A stretch of DNA of 64,000 bases from a virus. Positions 25,757 through 34,722 of the stretch are shown here, one piece after another. Below the pieces are notes generated by a model. The model did not search any database. It saw only the letters and a list, made by a program, of their open reading frames with translations, and was not told where the DNA came from. The stretch lies in the IMG/VR virus record IMGVR_UViG_3300025141_000021; one strand, given 5' to 3'. The translations under genes were made by a program, and so were the position numbers. The number at the start of each line of letters is the position of its first letter. Within the stretch, counting starts at the first letter, position 1.

Positions 25757-28700
25757 TTAATCCTCGAATGCTGCGCCGGTCGACGTAATCACAAAATCAA
25801 GAGCAATAAATTCAATCGCCCTAGCCGGCTTCAAGAAAATCTTTGCATACAAGATGTTTCTATCAATCAAATCTGGAGTTGTGGTAGTTTCATCAAGCAC
25901 CACTCTAAAGTCCGACAATCCAAGTCGAGCTTTGACACTATCAAGGAATGGCACAACTTGGCTCAAGAACCGGTTCCATGTCTGTTGTACATTCTGGTCG
26001 AATAGAATTGTTGCAGCCATTCTTGAAACTTCTTTCTTCAAGAAGATTAAGAGTCGTCGAACATTAATTCTATCGAGTGCCGAGGGGGTTACCTGAAGCG
26101 TCTTCTGACCGAAGATCACGATGCCTTCAGCCGGGAAAGTCGCAATCGGATTAATATTTGCGCCATATAGTTTGTCGCGATCCTTGGACGTTAATCTTTC
26201 TCGAACATCCAGTACTGGAATTCCAGCAGATCCCTCTGTTAGGCCGCCCCTGGTGAAACCAGCGGGTGCAAACCAAAGTTCGCTTCTAGATTCCGCACTA
26301 GCTAGCGTTCCTAGAGCAACAATCGAAGGTGGCGCCCACAGGGTCTGTGCACTAATACTGTCACGAATTCTAACCCATGGGTAATATGCGCAGCCGTAAC
26401 TTGAATTAAGGCTTCTAGTTCGCATATTATCAACAGTGGTCTTTACATCACCTGCTCTGGATGCTTCATTGTCCGTGCTCTCGTAACGAGCTTCATAATC
26501 GCCATCCAAATCAATAATCGCAAGAGCATCGCCGCGATCTTCGCAGACCTTAATTAGATGCTCAGTAAGCGTATCTTTCTTGATGCCAGGCATCGTCATC
26601 AAGTTAGCCTCAACAACTTCTGGATCTGCAACAGAATCAATTGCCCGTTTCACAGAGTTAAAAGTATAACTCGTAGTTTCCTTCGGGTTATTAATTCCGC
26701 CTCCGCCAGAAGACCATAGGGTATTTCTGAACGGCTCTAATTCTCTAATATCGAGGCCATCGTAGCCTCCGAAGAATGGTGCAGTAAATCTATCGAATCC
26801 TCGATCTAAGACCTCTTTGTATGTACCACTGACCGCGGTCATTGACCGGGCCCCGGAACGCTCTCCTGCGCCCGCACGGGAGCCAGATGAGTAGTATGCA
26901 TCACTACCATTCGGAGTGCCCCCAGATGGAGCAGAACCCGTCGCGACAACGTCGTCCAGTGAGAAGATCCAAGAAATCTTTGTAAAGTCTCCAGCAGTGA
27001 ACGAATCAATGTCATTAGGCTTGTCTCTTAAAAGATCCGGATTGCTTTCATCATATCGAATAACGGAGACACCGGTTCTCGATGTATCCCAGCCAAAGAA
27101 CGCATTCTTTGGATTGTCCATAACGCCGTGTGACGCTGAAATTCTGAGTGGCAGTGTGGGCATCCTGAAACAGATAGATGAGCCAGAAGTCATTCCGGCA
27201 GCTTCTACGAATGGGGCGACACCACGAACAGAGCTATTCCCAGCGACCGAACCGAGGCTTGCCGGCGCGTTGGGGATTTGATTCCCGCCCGGGCCTCTGG
27301 CTTCGACGAGAACCGTTCCAGCGGTTGCCCCGGCCTGTGCTAATGGGACGGGACTGCTAACGTTCTCAGGGCGAACTTCAGCAGCGCCACTTAGGATTGT
27401 AAACCCGTTGTACTGAATTGGGCCGTATACACCGAATGGCAAATATTCGGGATCGGCGGCGCCGTTGTCAACGTCTGAATTCATCTCGACACGAATAAAC
27501 CTAGATCGATTTGGAAATTCTCCAAATTCGTCGTACTTGCGGTTGTCCTCACTCCAGGTTCGATTCTTGGTACCAATTTTCTTTCCAATGTAGTTGGCCG
27601 CATATGGGTTCAAAGTACAGTTGTCAAACCTTTCTACAACTCTTATTGATTTGTCAGTATCATTAATTTTGCGAATGATAACATTAAATACTCCATATAG
27701 ATCGTTGTCGTTCGTAGAATATTCAATTTTTTCAATTGATACTTTTAAGTTACTCTGAAGCCACTCGCCCTCACTTAGTGCAATAAACCTGAATAGTTTC
27801 TGCATTTTCCCTGGTCCATAACTACCAGAGTTTTGAGTGATGTCTTGGGAAATAAACCAGCCAGTCTTCGAGGCTTGCATTCCATGGCGCATATCCTGGT
27901 GTCCGAGGGTGCCAGAGCCGAGACCAAGAATAACAGCCTGTGTATTCGATGAAGTAACAACATCGGCCAAGTGACGATCAAACGTCTCTCCTAGCCAATA
28001 AGTCTGTGTGCTTGAGGCAATGTTACTGTTCGTAAGAGTTGGGTTGGTGTTAAACACTTTCCGAATATATTTCGACGACGCTCTATTAAAATTAAATACA
28101 GTAGTTACCTTGTTGGCATTGCTGCTATTTTTGATGAGCACCTTGTATTCATTATTGGATGCCATACTGTTGATAAACCGTGCGGTGCCAGTCAGAACAT
28201 TTTCTGTGGTGGTTTCGCTCGTCGAGCCGGATTGATAACCCGTACCAGAAAGCTCAATCGAGCCCTCGGTTAAGTAAAAGACTGCCGCTAGCGCGCCAGT
28301 AATTTTGGTCATGTGCGCGCTGCCAGAGTTCGCAATAAAGAGGCCGAAAGCTCCACCATTGCTGGCGACAGCAATATTGTGTGCAGCGGTATCCCAGCCT
28401 GCCTTACCACCGTGGTCACCTTGGCTGATGGCTCCTGCGGCGCTATTTTGAGTGCCCAGTAATCTAACGAACGTTAGTGGGCTATTGTTTCGAAGCCAGG
28501 CTTGTGCGGCATATGCGGCGTAGGTTGGCGCCATTGTGTTGCCATCTCTCCAGACATCTTCTCCTTGACCGCCTGGAATTGGGTTGCCGAAAACGTCGAT
28601 AAATTCTGAGAAAGAATTAACCTTTACCGGCACCATCGCAGGCCCTCGACGGGCCCTACCTATAACAACCGGCCCGATCTGTTCGGGAACACGGGGCAAT

Positions 28701-28765
28701 TGCGAATTATCAATTTCGTTAATAAATATACCCGGTGATACAAACTTAAACTTCTTTACTGACAT
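25757..28765 (-). CDS. gp18: Contractile tail sheath protein (gp18-like, 1002 aa with insertions)
   Basis: FVSPGIFINEID, YYPWV, WFAPAGFTRG, LYGANINPI, GQKTLQ..SALDRINVRRL and IFLKPARAIEFI. Confidence 0.95.
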   Translation of the reverse strand: MSVKKFKFVSPGIFINEIDNSQLPRVPEQIGPVVIGRARRGPAMVPVKVNSFSEFIDVFGNPIPGGQGEDVWRDGNTMAPTYAAYAAQAWLRNNSPLTFVRLLGTQNSAAGAISQGDHGGKAGWDTAAHNIAVASNGGAFGLFIANSGSAHMTKITGALAAVFYLTEGSIELSGTGYQSGSTSETTTENVLTGTARFINSMASNNEYKVLIKNSSNANKVTTVFNFNRASSKYIRKVFNTNPTLTNSNIASSTQTYWLGETFDRHLADVVTSSNTQAVILGLGSGTLGHQDMRHGMQASKTGWFISQDITQNSGSYGPGKMQKLFRFIALSEGEWLQSNLKVSIEKIEYSTNDNDLYGVFNVIIRKINDTDKSIRVVERFDNCTLNPYAANYIGKKIGTKNRTWSEDNRKYDEFGEFPNRSRFIRVEMNSDVDNGAADPEYLPFGVYGPIQYNGFTILSGAAEVRPENVSSPVPLAQAGATAGTVLVEARGPGGNQIPNAPASLGSVAGNSSVRGVAPFVEAAGMTSGSSICFRMPTLPLRISASHGVMDNPKNAFFGWDTSRTGVSVIRYDESNPDLLRDKPNDIDSFTAGDFTKISWIFSLDDVVATGSAPSGGTPNGSDAYYSSGSRAGAGERSGARSMTAVSGTYKEVLDRGFDRFTAPFFGGYDGLDIRELEPFRNTLWSSGGGGINNPKETTSYTFNSVKRAIDSVADPEVVEANLMTMPGIKKDTLTEHLIKVCEDRGDALAIIDLDGDYEARYESTDNEASRAGDVKTTVDNMRTRSLNSSYGCAYYPWVRIRDSISAQTLWAPPSIVALGTLASAESRSELWFAPAGFTRGGLTEGSAGIPVLDVRERLTSKDRDKLYGANINPIATFPAEGIVIFGQKTLQVTPSALDRINVRRLLIFLKKEVSRMAATILFDQNVQQTWNRFLSQVVPFLDSVKARLGLSDFRVVLDETTTTPDLIDRNILYAKIFLKPARAIEFIALDFVITSTGAAFED

Positions 28766-28833
28766 TCTTTGTTTCTCCTATGGTCTTCAAATTTAATTCG
28801 GAGGCGCTTTATAGCCCAACACTATTTCTCTAG

Positions 28834-28841
28834 TAAGTAGT
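28834..28841 (-). promoter_or_regulatory. Putative late promoter ACTACTTA (sheath)
   Basis: Motif variant in the intergenic gap upstream of the sheath gene. Confidence 0.5.
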
Positions 28842-28864
28842 TTAGAAAAATCCTAAACTCCAAA

Positions 28865-29758
28865 CTATTCTCTATATTTCGCCCTCTTGACATCGATGTG
28901 CTCTGGCATATCTCCGACCATTGTGCGCTCCCTTTTGAACTTTAAATCAACAGCGTTTTCACGAATAACAATTTTTGGCCTTTCTTCGTTCTTGTCGCCG
29001 CCAATTATATAACCAAGAACATTTATATCAATTTTCATATTATAGGTGCGCTCATTTTCTTCCATGTTCGTAACATTGTTTTCTTGGGCAAATTCTTGCT
29101 GTATAAATGCTTCATATTTATGTCCATCTCTTGAAATTCCGAAATAGTTTAGGCCGCCAGTGCGAGTCGCGAATGGCGTCATTATGTCATTCATCTGTTG
29201 TAAATATTCTGTCCTGATGTTCAAACTATATGTGATGTCCAAATAAACTGGTATGGGTATGGATATTGTTTCATATACAACTCTACTATTATTTTTTCTT
29301 GTTCGAAAGTTAATCTGTCCATGGCCAACACTCATCTTCCGACTGCGCTTGCGAGCAGACGCTGCATTTGCAAACGCTGCAGTCTTATCTTGTTGAATCC
29401 TTTTAGCTATTATAATTGATCCGCCTTTCTCATCATCGATAGGTGGAATGCCTGCCTGAATGACCCCTTTCCTCTCTGGATTTTTTACAATATTGCTTCT
29501 TTCAATGGTAATCAAGGGCAATTTAAGTAAGCCCTTTGAATCGCGGAGGTCCTTGTTATCTTTAATTTGAAATGCCCTTTCTGCGGAAACCCAAATAATT
29601 GGTACTTTCTTCCATCCCTTGTTTGAGTTTGAGTGTATATTTAATTTTTCGTCCAGCCAATCGTGTAAAGCATAATCGATTGTTTCAATAGTCGAGGGCA
29701 TCAATATTTCTTCTTTTATAATGCTCGGATCTGATACTTTTGTATATTTAGGTGGCAT
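28865..29758 (-). CDS. Tail terminator / sheath stabiliser (gp15-like; 297 aa, start reassigned to MPPKYT)
   Basis: KVPIIW..E, LPLITIERS and PVYLDITYSLNI..EYLQQMNDI resemble gp15; follows the neck genes. Confidence 0.65.
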   Translation of the reverse strand: MPPKYTKVSDPSIIKEEILMPSTIETIDYALHDWLDEKLNIHSNSNKGWKKVPIIWVSAERAFQIKDNKDLRDSKGLLKLPLITIERSNIVKNPERKGVIQAGIPPIDDEKGGSIIIAKRIQQDKTAAFANAASARKRSRKMSVGHGQINFRTRKNNSRVVYETISIPIPVYLDITYSLNIRTEYLQQMNDIMTPFATRTGGLNYFGISRDGHKYEAFIQQEFAQENNVTNMEENERTYNMKIDINVLGYIIGGDKNEERPKIVIRENAVDLKFKRERTMVGDMPEHIDVKRAKYRE

Positions 29759-30236
29759 CGAATAATCCCTCGCGTGCTCTAATGCACTTAGCTGATACTT
29801 CCATCTTGTGATCGGCTTGTCCAAATATTTGTTTGGGCTCATCAAGCGCCACAATTTCATAATAATTGCTACCATATAGAACGAAATCGCCCTCTCTAAC
29901 ATATAAGTTTTGATCTTCTGTTAAGCGCCTCTTGTGAAAGTGCACAACTATTGAAGTATCTTTATCCATACCAATATTTTGGCTATATGCAGTTTTCAAA
30001 CCTTCCCATTCTACCAACGCGTAAACACGAACTGGAGGTAAAAACGTTTTTTCAATCGCCTCGCCATAGATTGGATGAAAGTTTGTTCGGTCTATATCTA
30101 TTGGATAGTAAACAACTTGTTGGCCCACAACTCTTTCAATAAGCTCATCGTTAACTTGTTTAACTAAATTACGCTCTTTCTCTCCAAAGAACATCGGAGG
30201 TGGCGGATTATCGGGTTGGTTCCATTCATCGGACAT
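29748..30236 (-). CDS. Neck/head-closure protein (gp14-like)
   Basis: ELIERVVGQQVVYYP...YGE and VREGDFV pattern; position between gp13-like and gp15-like genes. Confidence 0.7.
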   Translation of the reverse strand: MSDEWNQPDNPPPPMFFGEKERNLVKQVNDELIERVVGQQVVYYPIDIDRTNFHPIYGEAIEKTFLPPVRVYALVEWEGLKTAYSQNIGMDKDTSIVVHFHKRRLTEDQNLYVREGDFVLYGSNYYEIVALDEPKQIFGQADHKMEVSAKCIRAREGLFDAT

Positions 30237-30242
30237 TTCCTA

Positions 30243-31523
30243 TCACCCCACAAAGATGCCCATTGGCACCTTGTTAAGAACTGTATCAGTATTATCAACT
30301 ATCTTCGCAGTATCTTCTGCCAGGGCACTATATCTCATTTCATCTAGAACCGTCTTAAGCTCCTCTCTTAAGGCGTCTTGTTCGGCCTTTGCTTGGCCTA
30401 ACAACTGTTCTGAATTTAACGTTACCGATTCTCCTGGAATGGGAATTGCGCCAAACTTGCCTCTAATTTGTCCAAGCGTTTCTTTTATTAAAGCAAGGGA
30501 AAATCTTCTAATCCACTGCTTACCTATGCTATTGATATTCTCATACGGAACATTTTCAAACGGCAGGGTATTCATATTATTAACACCGTTAACCCCAGTC
30601 TGCCTGTCGCTCGTATCATCCCAAGCATCTTCTTTAACAGTAAACCGAACCCAGAATTTACTTGGCGAAGCTCCTCTCGGAACTGGATAAATCCTTAATT
30701 TATTGTTCATAATTTCATATGAAAAGTGAGAGTTCCTAGTATAAATTGAATCTTCAAAAGCTGATGCTTGAAGTTTGTTTTGCCAAGCTGGAATTACTTC
30801 CCATGTTGAATCATCGGCCCACTGTCCATAATTTGATAAGTTGCCAATAACGTTTAAGCCGCCATAATATCCATAAAACCTCCATACGGCATTTGGTGTT
30901 TTATAAAAAACGTTTCTGATTGTGACCTTCTTGTCTCCAATCTTTTTACTTCCCAAATTAGAGTCTGAATAAGGATAGCTTGAAGTTTGCGCAGCTGATG
31001 AAGAGATTATTGTTTGTAAATCGTAATCTTGTACATCTGTGGTCGTTTCAAAAGATGCTGAATATATTTGTGAAGTTCCGCCTAGGCCGGCCTCAGTGGA
31101 TAATGCTTCCGCGACTCTGTGCCCATACTCAAAATTAAATTTCGGATATTTAAGAGCAATGTTAGATCCAGATAAACCATCGCCAGATTTGAGGGAGCCA
31201 TCATGATCAAATGTGCCCGTTGTGTTTCCAAGAACATTGGCTAAAACATTTTTAGATTGATGTACATTAACAATATATGAATATTCCAAAACTGCCTCTT
31301 CATACGCAGCATAAACATTGTCGGATTTAAGCTCAATATCCAGTACATCTCCCCCAAGTTTTTTATATGCATATGCAACTTGGTCTACTGCACCTGAAAG
31401 AAAATCTGTATTGCTTGAATAAATTCCAAAAGGTAACGCGGATGAAACATCACCATATGTGCCAGTAGCGGGTAATGCAATTACGCTAGTCTTTGATGAA
31501 GGTGTTAGTTTTGGAACAGCCAT
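30243..31523 (-). CDS. Neck/head-tail adaptor protein (gp13-like)
   Basis: LGGDVLDIEL, WIRRFSLALIKETLGQIRGKF..IPIPGESVTLN...L...A..E...L.EEL. Confidence 0.85.
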   Translation of the reverse strand: MAVPKLTPSSKTSVIALPATGTYGDVSSALPFGIYSSNTDFLSGAVDQVAYAYKKLGGDVLDIELKSDNVYAAYEEAVLEYSYIVNVHQSKNVLANVLGNTTGTFDHDGSLKSGDGLSGSNIALKYPKFNFEYGHRVAEALSTEAGLGGTSQIYSASFETTTDVQDYDLQTIISSSAAQTSSYPYSDSNLGSKKIGDKKVTIRNVFYKTPNAVWRFYGYYGGLNVIGNLSNYGQWADDSTWEVIPAWQNKLQASAFEDSIYTRNSHFSYEIMNNKLRIYPVPRGASPSKFWVRFTVKEDAWDDTSDRQTGVNGVNNMNTLPFENVPYENINSIGKQWIRRFSLALIKETLGQIRGKFGAIPIPGESVTLNSEQLLGQAKAEQDALREELKTVLDEMRYSALAEDTAKIVDNTDTVLNKVPMGIFVG

Positions 31524-31539
31524 TTAATGTCCTCCATCT

Positions 31540-31547
31540 TAAATAGT
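31540..31547 (-). promoter_or_regulatory. Putative late promoter ACTATTTA (neck operon)
   Basis: Motif followed by the GGAGG RBS and the 31523 start; lies just past the MCP terminator. Confidence 0.6.
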
Positions 31548-31579
31548 TCTTTTCCCTCTTAAACGCTCTCAAAGTATAT

Positions 31580-31615
31580 AAAAGAAAAGGCCCCACCTCG
31601 TAATAAGGTGGAGCC
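31580..31615 (-). terminator. Rho-independent terminator after the major capsid gene
   Basis: GGCTCCACCTT-attac-GAGGTGGGGCC followed by TTTTCTTTT. Confidence 0.85.
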
Positions 31616-31643
31616 CCTCTTATTTAATCTTCAGTTGAAGATT

Positions 31644-33482
31644 TTACACCAAATCGGTAACAATAACCAATCCGTACATATCAGGACGGACCATCTTCTT
31701 GGCGTATCTAGTCATCACGCCCTTGCGGGGCACGAAGTCTTCAACACCGAAAATGGTGGGAGTGACCTGTAGTGGCACATATGGTGAGTACACGTAACCG
31801 CTCTCTAAGAAGCTGTTACCTCTACGTCCAACCAAAACCACATTACGCGGGAAGTAGGGGTTAACCCAGACATCCCACTTCTTACTCAGACTACCCACAT
31901 TGACCGCTCCAACGGTACCCTTGTTGTCATCACCGGTTATGTTTGCACGGAAACCCGCGGTGAACTCAAGAATATTAGCGACTTCAGGTCCCATGACCAG
32001 GAAGTTCGCGCCGCCTCGCAGCGTCTTGCGGTGGATCTGGGCAGAAATGTCGTTGATGGTTTCAACGAGAGTTTCATACCACTCACTAACCGTACCAGTG
32101 AAGTCGGGAGTTGCCGTAGCCGCTCCAACCTCTCTACCAGTCTTCCGATAAACGAATTTACCAGCATGACGGCTCCAGTAGTACGTACCAGCACTTGCCA
32201 GCTTGACGAGATCCTCTAGGATCTCTTGGTCAATCTCTAGAGCAATCTGCTCAGAAAGAATACTAGTAAGCTCAACCTCTGCATCGAGATTGTGATAAGC
32301 ATTCAAGTCTTGACCAAGCTCTGGGCTCCACTTAGCCTTAAGCTTCTTCGTCATCGCAGTGACAGACACGCTGTCAACCTTGATGTCGATCTCGGGAATC
32401 TGTTGATTAGTCTCAAGACCCCAAGTATCCTCGCCAACAACCGCTCCTAGAGCAGCATTCGAGCCGGCAGCAGGAGTTCCACTAAAGGGATCCATAACCG
32501 GGAACGAAGCCCCTGAAAGGTTGTTACCGGCAGCGGCCGGAGTGCAAAGCGAAGACGAAAGCTGCGCTAGCGTCTCACTACCACTAGCGGCAAGAACGAA
32601 TAACAGCCGGGTGCTATCGTTAGGATCGCGACGAGTTAGCCGTCGAACCTGAACACCAACACCTGTGCCTAGGCCTTTGTGGACCGAGCCAACAGCGTGG
32701 GCGCGACCTATGTCATCACCCGTAGTGCCTAGCTTGATGCCAACGAGGTTCTCAACGTTCAGCGGCTTGCCGCTGACCCCCTCGAAATCGCTAGCAACAG
32801 TCGAAATGACAGCACAGTTAGTACCGGAAAGATCCGGGTCATACTGAATAAGTCTATCCCCCAAGCTTGCGAGCGTTGCGTGGGCTGCACCAAGGTACGC
32901 ACCAGCGTGACCCCAAGCGGTGCCACCACCAGCATCTGCGCCACCAGAACCAGTGACCACATATACATCAGTCTCGTTGTTCCAGTCAATGGTTACACTA
33001 GCAGTTGCATGTGAATAACCATTATTTAGGTTGTAGAAGCTCTTTTCGGCACCAAGGCCGGTGAGAGAGACACCACCTGTAATTTCCTGACCAACCCGGT
33101 TACCACCAAAGAGCGAATCTTGCTTATCAGCGCCCAATCGGCTATTGGTATGTTGGAAGTCCAGGAAGAAAATGAGACCACTAGGTAGACTCATGGGCTG
33201 AACGGATACAATCTCGTTAGCCACTAGCCCGCCGAATACACGACGAACAATGGGAAAAGCGACAGAAGCGAAACCTTCAACGTCGCCTGCGGCCATAGTA
33301 GAAGCCTCACGGAGAAGCTCTTTGGCCTGGTTTTCCAGAAGACGCGCCATGCTCTCGCGAGCCTGGTCATCACCGATACCTTCCAAAAGTCCAGTCTTTT
33401 CCCACTTGCTTAGTAGGGCGTTACCTTCTTTTGATAGATCACGATTAATGATGCCTTCTGTTAATTTTTCTAATACAGACAT
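31644..33482 (-). CDS. gp23: Major capsid protein (T4 gp23-like, 612 aa)
   Basis: FPIVRRVF, VSVQPMSLPSGLIFFL, KLKAKWSPELGQDLNAYHNLDAEVEL..ILSEQIALEIDQEI, YSPYVPL and GVMTRYA. Confidence 0.96.
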   Translation of the reverse strand: MSVLEKLTEGIINRDLSKEGNALLSKWEKTGLLEGIGDDQARESMARLLENQAKELLREASTMAAGDVEGFASVAFPIVRRVFGGLVANEIVSVQPMSLPSGLIFFLDFQHTNSRLGADKQDSLFGGNRVGQEITGGVSLTGLGAEKSFYNLNNGYSHATASVTIDWNNETDVYVVTGSGGADAGGGTAWGHAGAYLGAAHATLASLGDRLIQYDPDLSGTNCAVISTVASDFEGVSGKPLNVENLVGIKLGTTGDDIGRAHAVGSVHKGLGTGVGVQVRRLTRRDPNDSTRLLFVLAASGSETLAQLSSSLCTPAAAGNNLSGASFPVMDPFSGTPAAGSNAALGAVVGEDTWGLETNQQIPEIDIKVDSVSVTAMTKKLKAKWSPELGQDLNAYHNLDAEVELTSILSEQIALEIDQEILEDLVKLASAGTYYWSRHAGKFVYRKTGREVGAATATPDFTGTVSEWYETLVETINDISAQIHRKTLRGGANFLVMGPEVANILEFTAGFRANITGDDNKGTVGAVNVGSLSKKWDVWVNPYFPRNVVLVGRRGNSFLESGYVYSPYVPLQVTPTIFGVEDFVPRKGVMTRYAKKMVRPDMYGLVIVTDLV

Positions 33483-33510
33483 TTTTGTTTTTACCTCCTT
33501 TTAAGTTTTA

Positions 33511-34629
33511 TTATTTAACAAGTCCCGCCAAAACCTTCATTCGGTTATAAGCAGGGTCTGCCTTGCCGGTATCAGAATTTCTACGGCCTGATACCATTAG
33601 TGAGGAACTCTTAGTTACAGCTTCGCTCAGTGATTTTGGTCTTCTTCTGGAAGAAGTAGATCCCACCGTGCTTTGAAGCGTTTCATAAATAACTTTCGCT
33701 TCCTCAATTGTTCCGGCCTTTGTAATAGCTTCGACAAGTCTATCCTTTTGTCGCTCATTCAAGGAGGTATTGGTCAAAATCCGGTTTGTATAAAGTAACC
33801 TCGCGTTAGAAAGGTTAACTTTATCTAGATGTTCTTTAAGTGACACAATTGTGTCTTTGTATTTTTTGTTATTCTCGGAAACCTTTTGTAAATCAGTCTC
33901 CAATTTTGCAATTTGCTCAGCCAATTCATTATCTTCTGCTTCCTTTTCCTCAGCAGCGTCTTCTGCAATTGCTGCAACATCGCGTTGATAATTCAATTCA
34001 GTTTCAGATTTCTCAAGCCAACCAGACGAAGCTGGCTCCATGTCAATAGAAAGATCCTCGGCTAATTTATTTAAAAGCTCTGCCAACTCATCTTTCTCTA
34101 ATTCAGCCTCTTCATCTTCTTGTACGATCTCGGCGTCCTCAGAGGAGTTTTCTTCCGCATCTTCGTCTTCGCGAATACGATCAGCGTGCATGCGATTCTT
34201 TCCGACATCTCGATCTTCGTTGCCAGATCTCGCAGCTGCGCCGCCTTCCTGCAGGGCCATTTCCCCCGCAATTGCTTCTCTGTCCATCATATCGCTTGGC
34301 ATAGCTTCTCCTTTTTCTGCATCGATTTGTGCAGCTAGTGCATCAAAATCAATTTCAATTTCTTCGTCTTCATCCGGACAGGGGCAAAGATCTTCGCCTT
34401 CCATGGCCGCATCTGGTAACTGGTCGACAAACTCGCTTGGGGGCTCCACTTCTTCGCCGCCAACATCAGCAAATCCTTCTAATTCATCTTCTGGCTGCTC
34501 TAAAAGTGATTGAACTACTTCTTTGATTTCATTGGAGTATTTTTCAATAACCAAATTTTCCGCATTCTTTAATGCGGCTTCTTTAAGAGCGGTAGCATCA
34601 ATAATGGCTTGCTCAAGCATATGCGACAT
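33511..34629 (-). CDS. Prohead scaffolding/core protein (gp22-like)
   Basis: Very acidic N-terminal half, C-terminal coiled coil (NARLLYTNRIL...), RMKVLAGL end; directly upstream of the MCP gene. Confidence 0.8.
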   Translation of the reverse strand: MSHMLEQAIIDATALKEAALKNAENLVIEKYSNEIKEVVQSLLEQPEDELEGFADVGGEEVEPPSEFVDQLPDAAMEGEDLCPCPDEDEEIEIDFDALAAQIDAEKGEAMPSDMMDREAIAGEMALQEGGAAARSGNEDRDVGKNRMHADRIREDEDAEENSSEDAEIVQEDEEAELEKDELAELLNKLAEDLSIDMEPASSGWLEKSETELNYQRDVAAIAEDAAEEKEAEDNELAEQIAKLETDLQKVSENNKKYKDTIVSLKEHLDKVNLSNARLLYTNRILTNTSLNERQKDRLVEAITKAGTIEEAKVIYETLQSTVGSTSSRRRPKSLSEAVTKSSSLMVSGRRNSDTGKADPAYNRMKVLAGLVK

Positions 34630-34665
34630 AATTTTCTCCTAATTGTAAAATCTTATACGTCAAGA

Positions 34666-34674
34666 ATAAATAGT
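34666..34674 (-). promoter_or_regulatory. Putative late promoter ACTATTTAT (scaffold-MCP operon)
   Basis: Intergenic motif upstream of the AGGAG RBS. Confidence 0.6.
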
Positions 34675-34722
34675 ATCGAAAACATTGAAAAGACTGCTTA
34701 ATATCCATAAAGTTAGTTCGCA